From: Rhodothermales bacterium | GTDB taxonomy: Bacteria; Bacteroidota; Rhodothermia; Rhodothermales; VXPQ01 | DNA: 11,432 nt | Assembly: GCA_040904565.1 (NCBI GenBank) | Contig: JBBDTI010000069.1 | Span: 9,804-21,235, forward strand | Direction of reading: 5' to 3' | In this document: positions 1 to 5,209 of the stretch, in pieces | Layout: each line of letters opens with the position of its first letter | How positions within the stretch are numbered: position 1 is the stretch's first letter | Made by a program: the position numbers and the translations under genes | Notes under the pieces: generated by a model | What the model was told of the DNA's origin: nothing | The model's input: only the letters and a program-made list of their open reading frames with translations | Databases searched by the model: none

Positions 1-45
1 ACCCGACACAACCACCGAGCCAACACCCCTAGACACCTTTTAAAG

Positions 46-1290
46 ATGCCGAAATACCAGCACCTCACTCCTCCGTCGGACGGAGACGTCATCACCGTGG
101 ACAACGGACGGCTTACCGTGCCGGACCGCCCCATCCTTCCATTCATCGAAGGAGACGGGACCGGGCCGGACATCTGGGCGGCCGCGAAGAACGTGTTCGA
201 CAACGCGGTGAAGCGCGCCTATGGCGGCGATCGCGAGATCGTCTGGTTCGAGGTGTTCGCCGGTGAGAAGTCGAAGAACAAGTTCGATGACTGGCTTCCG
301 GAAGATACCCTCGAAGCCATCCGGCACCACCACGTGGCGATCAAGGGCCCTCTCACGACGCCCGTCGGCGGCGGCATCCGATCGCTTAACGTGGCGCTCC
401 GCCAGATCCTCGACCTCTACGCCTGCGTCCGACCCGTCCGCCATTTCGAGGGCGTCCCCTCGCCGGTCAAGGAGCCGGAGAAGGTGGACATGATCATTTT
501 CCGCGAGAACTCGGAGGACATCTACGCGGGGATCGAGTTCCAGATGGGGACCGAAGCCGTGAAGAAGGTGATCGATTTCCTGCACGACGAAATGGGGGTA
601 GACTCGATACGCTTCCCCGAGACGAGCGGCATAGGCATCAAGCCCGTATCGAAGGAGGGCACCGAGCGGCTCGTTCGTTCGGCCATTGGGTATGCGCGCG
701 ACCGTGGACTCGGAAGCGTCACGCTCGTCCACAAGGGCAATATCATGAAGTTCACGGAAGGCGCCTTCCGGGACTGGGGCTACGAACTCGCCAAGCGCGA
801 ATTCGGCGCCAGGGAGATCGGCGGCGGACCGTGGTGCGAGCTCCCGGACGGCACAGTCATCAAGGACGTCATCGCGGATGCGTTCCTGCAGCAGATCCTG
901 ACGCGGCCGGACGAGTACGAGGTCATCGCTACGATGAACCTGAACGGCGACTATATCTCCGACGCGCTGGCGGCGGAGGTGGGCGGCATCGGCATCGCCC
1001 CCGGCGCGAACATCAATTACAACACGGGCCATGCCATCTTCGAGGCCACGCACGGCACGGCGCCCAAGTACGCGGGGCAGGACAAGGTCAATCCGGGTTC
1101 GCTCATCCTCTCGGGAGAGATGATGTTCCGCTATATGGGATGGGACGAGGCGGCCGATATGATCATCTCCTCACTCCAGAAGACGATCCTGCAGAAGCGC
1201 GTCACGTACGACTTCGAGCGGCAGATGGACGACGCCAAGCTGCTCAAGACAAGCGAGTTCGCGCAGGCGATGGTCGAGAATATGGGATAA
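46..1290 (+). CDS. icd: NADP-dependent isocitrate dehydrogenase (E. coli-type homodimeric)
   Basis: Motifs [75 protein letters not shown] and [20 protein letters not shown]; the Lys-Tyr pair in APKYAG is typical of NADP specificity. Confidence 0.98.
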   Translation: MPKYQHLTPPSDGDVITVDNGRLTVPDRPILPFIEGDGTGPDIWAAAKNVFDNAVKRAYGGDREIVWFEVFAGEKSKNKFDDWLPEDTLEAIRHHHVAIKGPLTTPVGGGIRSLNVALRQILDLYACVRPVRHFEGVPSPVKEPEKVDMIIFRENSEDIYAGIEFQMGTEAVKKVIDFLHDEMGVDSIRFPETSGIGIKPVSKEGTERLVRSAIGYARDRGLGSVTLVHKGNIMKFTEGAFRDWGYELAKREFGAREIGGGPWCELPDGTVIKDVIADAFLQQILTRPDEYEVIATMNLNGDYISDALAAEVGGIGIAPGANINYNTGHAIFEATHGTAPKYAGQDKVNPGSLILSGEMMFRYMGWDEAADMIISSLQKTILQKRVTYDFERQMDDAKLLKTSEFAQAMVENMG

Positions 1291-1346
1291 GGTTGGTTCC
1301 CGAACGACTGCCGGTTCGGACGCCACATAGCAGCACGCATCGGCAC

Positions 1347-1380
1347 AGCGCCGGACGTCTAAGGGCGGCCGGCGCTTGCT
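1347..1380. terminator. GC-rich hairpin between convergent icd and glycosyltransferase genes; possible weak intrinsic terminator
   Basis: AGCGCCGG (1347-1354) pairs with CCGGCGCT (1369-1376), with an inner CGTC/GGCG stem and a TAAG loop; there is no long U tract. Confidence 0.4.
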
Positions 1381-1446
1381 ATATGTAGGCGGATCGCCTC
1401 ACGCAGCCCAGTCTAAGCTTCCGCCTTCGACCAACGCTTCCACCCT

Positions 1447-2601
1447 TTAAGCTGCCACCGTTCTCGAAGCCGCCACCTCATCGAAGAGTTCGTCGTAGCT
1501 GTCGACGTGCGTGCGCCAGTCCAGGCGCCTGGGGATGTCGCGCAGCTTCGAGGGCGGCAGTGGACGCTCCTCGCCCTTCAAGATGCGGGAGAGAATGCCG
1601 TAGAGCTCGTCCTCGTCCTCATACATGATCGGCGCGTGCAGGAGGGGCCGATACAGCGACTCCGGGATGAGCTCCGGGTAACTGAGCCGGTTGGGCAGCA
1701 GCGGATGGCAGCCGCAGTAAACGGCCTCCATGATGGCGATCCCGAAGAATTCGTGGATCGACGTGGAGACGACGAGATGCGACCGGTGCAGCAGCCGGCT
1801 GTACTCCTCGAAATCCTCCGCGTAGCCGTAGTGGATGATGCGGTCTGCGTACCGCTCGAAAGCCTGCTCGAACTCGCGCGGCTGCTGCTCGAAATGCTCC
1901 CCGGCCAGAATCAGCCGAAATTTGCGTCCCGAATCATCCAGCCGATTCATCACCCTGAAGAACGCCTCGGGGTTCTTGTCGTACTCCCACCGCTGATTCC
2001 AGAGGACGATGGGCGACTTGGTGGACGGCCCCCAGTCGGGCGCGGGATATTCGCCCGCATACTGGTCGTGCGCCTCGAGGTCCATGCCGAGATGCAGGAC
2101 GATGGACTTCTTGCGGATCTCCCGAACCGTTTTCAGATGGGTGTAGTCCGGAAACGTCCGCAACAGCGTCGGTAGCGCCTCCATGAACTCGGTGAAGTGG
2201 AACCGCGAGTTGAAGACGATGCGGTCGGCAGCCAGGCACGAGAGGTAGTTGATGTACCCGTACGTGTGGTCTCGATCGACGTCGGGCGCCAGCGGGTACG
2301 TGAGCTGGTTTTCGTGGAAGTAAAGCACGACGGGCACGTCACCCAGACGAGGGCGCACCAGCGCCAGAAAGGCCGGCAGGTTCACCATGTCGGAGGCGAA
2401 GATGACGTCGGGATCGAACCCCTCCTCCAGAGCCTGGATGGTCTTCCGCGCCATCGTCACGGCACCTCCGTGCATCCGCCACTTCCAGAACCGGGCCGTC
2501 ATCGTGACGGCACGAAATTCGTGACGGCTGTGCCCGATCAATCCATCGAGAAAATGTTCGTGTGAGCCCCCATACCAGGGTTCGAGCGCGAGAACGTTCA
2601 T
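1447..2601 (-). CDS. DUF3524-domain GT-B glycosyltransferase, homolog of GTDC1/QTMAN (tRNA-queuosine alpha-mannosyltransferase)
   Basis: N-terminal LEPWYGGSH, ARFWKWRM, LYFHENQLTYP, YGYINYLSCLAADRIVFNS; C-terminal WNQRWEYDKNPEAFF and the EX7E motif HEFFGIAIMEAVYCGCHPL. These match the DUF3524/GTDC1 pattern as recalled. Confidence 0.9.
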   Translation of the reverse strand: MNVLALEPWYGGSHEHFLDGLIGHSRHEFRAVTMTARFWKWRMHGGAVTMARKTIQALEEGFDPDVIFASDMVNLPAFLALVRPRLGDVPVVLYFHENQLTYPLAPDVDRDHTYGYINYLSCLAADRIVFNSRFHFTEFMEALPTLLRTFPDYTHLKTVREIRKKSIVLHLGMDLEAHDQYAGEYPAPDWGPSTKSPIVLWNQRWEYDKNPEAFFRVMNRLDDSGRKFRLILAGEHFEQQPREFEQAFERYADRIIHYGYAEDFEEYSRLLHRSHLVVSTSIHEFFGIAIMEAVYCGCHPLLPNRLSYPELIPESLYRPLLHAPIMYEDEDELYGILSRILKGEERPLPPSKLRDIPRRLDWRTHVDSYDELFDEVAASRTVAA

Positions 2602-2632
2602 ACAGATGGGTTTAGCATACAGATAGGTTTAG
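2599..2632. repeat. 17-bp tandem direct repeat (2 copies, 1 mismatch) filling the whole intergenic spacer
   Basis: catacagatgggtttag (2599-2615) followed by catacagataggtttag (2616-2632). Confidence 0.9.
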
Positions 2633-2871
2633 TCGCCTCCTTCTCCAAGTTCTTCACGGAGGGCCGCGTCTTCTTCCACGGTAGCGGGTCGAACGATCGA
2701 GATAGAACGTACCTGAAGACTCTGCCTCAGCGTCGGATCGCGCACCTCTTCGGCCGTGATCATCTTCTCCTGGCCGGGATGGACGGTGATCCGTCGGGTA
2801 GCCATCTTTATTTCGACAGGACGATCATCCGTATTCTTGATGATCATCCCTCGACGTGTTTTATCTCCCAT
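2629..2871 (-). CDS. Hypothetical 80-aa protein (MGDKTRRGMIIKNTDDRPVEIK...EELGEGGD)
   Basis: Protein-like composition downstream of the ATG at 2871; lies 27 bp upstream of the glycosyltransferase on the same strand, with a TATAAT promoter candidate upstream. The longer ORF from 3120 overlaps comF and was trimmed. Confidence 0.75.
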   Translation of the reverse strand: MGDKTRRGMIIKNTDDRPVEIKMATRRITVHPGQEKMITAEEVRDPTLRQSLQVRSISIVRPATVEEDAALREELGEGGD

Positions 2872-2914
2872 CGAACAACGCGTACGGGTTACGTGGACTA
2901 GCCTGCGGGTGTCT

Positions 2915-2942
2915 ATTATACAACAATCCCCGCTTTTATGAA
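2915..2942 (-). promoter_or_regulatory. Putative sigma70-type promoter for the 80-aa gene and glycosyltransferase
   Basis: Minus-strand perfect TATAAT (2920-2915) with TTCATA (2942-2937) at a 16-bp spacing, in an AT-rich patch about 40 nt upstream of the ATG at 2871. Confidence 0.55.
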
Positions 2943-2962
2943 GACGCGGAAGCCTGGATCGG

Positions 2963-3706
2963 ATGGTCCACCAAATTTTAACACGCGAGCGGTTGCGACA
3001 GGCCGTGGTCGGACTTCGAGCCCTCGGCGACGGACTCCTGCACCTCGCCCTGCCGCCATTCTGCCTTAGCTGCGGTAACAACGTACCGGACGCGTCGACG
3101 TTGCTGTGCTTCGCGTGCATCCGCTCCGCCGACCGGGCCGACGCGGACGACGTTCGGGAACGACTCGACCGGCTTCCGGCGGCCAGGAAGGCGATCGATA
3201 TGGCCTACGCACTCTGGATCTTCGATAAGGGCGGCTTCCTCCAGCACGTCCACCAGGCCCTCAAATACGGCAACAGGCCGCATTACGGCCTGTATCTCGG
3301 ACGCATTCTCGGCTGCGCCTACGAGCGGACGCTCGTCCGGCACCCCCCTCCCGACGTGCTCGTACCGATCCCCCTGCACCGGAGCCGCCTCTACGAACGG
3401 GGCTACAATCAGAGCGACTACCTGGCGCGCGGCGTGGCGGCCGTCCTCGATCGTCCGATCGACGCGGACCGTCTACAGCGGCCCCGGCCGACGCGGTCCC
3501 AGACCCGCCTGTCGCGATCGGCCCGCTGGGAGAACCTGCGCGACGCGTTCGTCGTGACGGATGCGGCGGCCGTCACCGACCGGCGCGTGCTGCTCGTAGA
3601 CGACATCCTCACGACCGGCGCCACCGTCGGCGCGGCCGCCCACGCGCTGCTGGAGGCCGGCGCGGCAGCCGTCGACGTCGTCGCCCTCGGGCTGGCGCGG
3701 ACGTAG
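2963..3706 (+). CDS. comF: ComF family protein (zinc ribbon plus phosphoribosyltransferase-like domain)
   Basis: PPFCLSC...LLCFAC, ALKYG, LVPIPLH...RGYNQS, Q..LSRSARWENL and the PRPP loop VLLVDDILTTGAT. Confidence 0.92.
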   Translation: MVHQILTRERLRQAVVGLRALGDGLLHLALPPFCLSCGNNVPDASTLLCFACIRSADRADADDVRERLDRLPAARKAIDMAYALWIFDKGGFLQHVHQALKYGNRPHYGLYLGRILGCAYERTLVRHPPPDVLVPIPLHRSRLYERGYNQSDYLARGVAAVLDRPIDADRLQRPRPTRSQTRLSRSARWENLRDAFVVTDAAAVTDRRVLLVDDILTTGATVGAAAHALLEAGAAAVDVVALGLART

Positions 3707-3761
3707 CCGGGAGCGCGGCGGGTTTTGCACCCAACCGAAGAACCGAAGATCCACCAGCCCA

Positions 3762-4406
3762 TTAGCGAAAATCCTCGATGCGCAGCGCTCGTTCGTGGCG
3801 ATCCGCCTCCACCTCGTCGTTCGTCGCCACGACGAGGAGTCCGCCTGCACCCAGATGATCGCCCACGATGCCCCGCACCATGGCGAGTCCGGCCGCATCC
3901 AGATTCACGTTCGGCTCGTCGAGCAGCAGCACGGGCGGCTCGACGAGCACGGCGGCGGCGAACTTTACGCGCTGCCTCATTCCCGACGAAAACGTCGACA
4001 CGAGATCGTCCGCCCGATCCGTCAGCTCCACGCGCTCGAGCACCCGCGCGATCCGCTCCCCCTCACCGGCCAGCCTCCGGGCCCGCGCGATGAACCGCAG
4101 GTTCTCCCGCGGCGAGAATCCTTCGTACACGTTCAGATAGGGTGCGACGAGCCCGACGTGGTGGGGATGCTCCTGCGGCTTGACGGTTTCGCCGTTGAGG
4201 CGCAGGGTGACGCCCCCCCGCGTCGGCGTCATCACCCCGGCGAGGATGCGCAGCAAGGTCGACTTGCCCGAGCCGTTCGCCCCCGTGACGGCAAGACTCT
4301 CCCCTCCCCTCAGGGAAAACGTCAGATCCCGAAACAGGAGCCGACGACCGAACCGCTTGGCGAGCTCGGTCGCGTCGAGTGTGGGCGGTTGTGACTGCGG
4401 CGTCAT
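3762..4406 (-). CDS. ABC ATP-binding protein, CcmA-like (heme exporter ATPase type); stand-alone
   Basis: KRFGRRLLFRDLTFSL, Walker A GANGSGKST, signature FSSGMRQR and Walker B LLLDEP; short (about 214 aa) like CcmA. The ATG at 4406 is preferred over the TTG at 4412. Confidence 0.85.
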   Translation of the reverse strand: MTPQSQPPTLDATELAKRFGRRLLFRDLTFSLRGGESLAVTGANGSGKSTLLRILAGVMTPTRGGVTLRLNGETVKPQEHPHHVGLVAPYLNVYEGFSPRENLRFIARARRLAGEGERIARVLERVELTDRADDLVSTFSSGMRQRVKFAAAVLVEPPVLLLDEPNVNLDAAGLAMVRGIVGDHLGAGGLLVVATNDEVEADRHERALRIEDFR

Positions 4407-4558
4407 CTGCAACGGAGGTTGATACGGTCATGCGCGGACGTCCGCCGGCCGCGATGGGCGGTAGGCCTGCCGGCCCAACCGGCAGTCCACCACCCCGCAC
4501 GATGAAACAATCTAAACAACGGCACGCCGGCGGGGAAACAAACATGTCCTGACGGGTA

Positions 4559-4587
4559 AGTATGAACTGTTGACGTTCCGACGTCAA
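4559..4587 (-). promoter_or_regulatory. Putative sigma70 promoter for the ABC ATPase gene
   Basis: Minus strand TTGACG (4587-4582), 17-bp spacer, CATACT (4564-4559). Confidence 0.5.
4570..4587. promoter_or_regulatory. Inverted repeat TTGACGT-TCCG-ACGTCAA; candidate operator in the divergent ABC ATPase/sodC region
   Basis: Perfect 7-bp arms around a 4-bp spacer, 51 bp upstream of the sodC ATG. Confidence 0.55.
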
Positions 4588-4638
4588 GCTCGACATCAAC
4601 AATTCTCGGTATCATCAATCGTGGAATTACGTCCGATT

Positions 4639-5202
4639 ATGACTCTTCGTTTCTCGCGCATCTTTCTCGTCCTGGCTCTGACCGGCTCCATCGCGCTGCT
4701 GGGCTGTGAGACGGACCAGCAAGGCGACGACTTGTCCACCGACGATATGACGCGGACGCAGGAAACCGCCGTGGCCCAGCTCGAGCCTACGGAAGGGAAC
4801 GACGTTACCGGAACGGTCACGTTCACGGCCCTTAACGGCAGCGTTCAGATCGAAGGCTCCGTCATGAACCTCTCACCCGGAGAGCACGGCTTTCACGTTC
4901 ACGAAGTGGGCGACTGCAGTGCGCCGGACGCCAGCTCGGCAGGCGGACATTTCAATCCGGAAGGCGTGGATCACGGGGCACGCACCGATGACGTGCGGCA
5001 CGTCGGCGACCTGGGGAATATCGAAGCCGGGCCCGACGGAACGGCCGAATTCTTCTTCGAAGACGACCGCCTGGCGCTTAGCGGCGAGCATTCCATCATC
5101 GGCAGAGCCGTCGTCGTGCATGGTGGCGCGGACGACCTGACGTCGCAGCCCAGCGGCGCGGCCGGAGCGCGCGTAGCCTGCGGCGTGATTACGAGCTCGT
5201 GA
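4639..5202 (+). CDS. sodC: Cu/Zn superoxide dismutase, predicted lipoprotein
   Basis: Signal peptide with lipobox LLGC; metal ligand motifs HGFHVHE, AGGHFNP, DHG, RHVGDLGN and VVVHGGADD; disulfide cysteines in GDCS and RVACGVI. The ATG at 4639 gives a canonical signal peptide. Confidence 0.95.
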   Translation: MTLRFSRIFLVLALTGSIALLGCETDQQGDDLSTDDMTRTQETAVAQLEPTEGNDVTGTVTFTALNGSVQIEGSVMNLSPGEHGFHVHEVGDCSAPDASSAGGHFNPEGVDHGARTDDVRHVGDLGNIEAGPDGTAEFFFEDDRLALSGEHSIIGRAVVVHGGADDLTSQPSGAAGARVACGVITSS

Positions 5203-5209
5203 CGCGTCC

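Noticed and set aside
40-1053. 337-aa antisense ORF, and similar long ORFs at 1507-2175, 3795-4394, 5486-6580, 6653-7723, 8029-8928, 8965-9711 and 10142-10810
   Set aside because: Shadow ORFs opposite clearly identified genes; expected in high-GC DNA and lacking recognisable motifs.
1100-1446. icd 3' end as a phage integration site (as for e14 in E. coli)
   Set aside because: No integrase, duplicated icd 3' segment or compositional shift follows the gene.
2872-3120. N-terminal extension of the 2629-3120 ORF
   Set aside because: Overlaps comF on the opposite strand and runs through the promoter candidate; the ATG at 2871 fits better.
3062-3120. ComF has only two CxxC motifs rather than a full double zinc ribbon
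   Set aside because: Zinc-ribbon reduction is a common variation among ComF proteins and is not evidence of a pseudogene.
3733-3748. AACCGAAG tandem duplication between comF and the ABC ATPase gene
   Set aside because: Two 8-bp copies only; consistent with simple slippage and no evident function.
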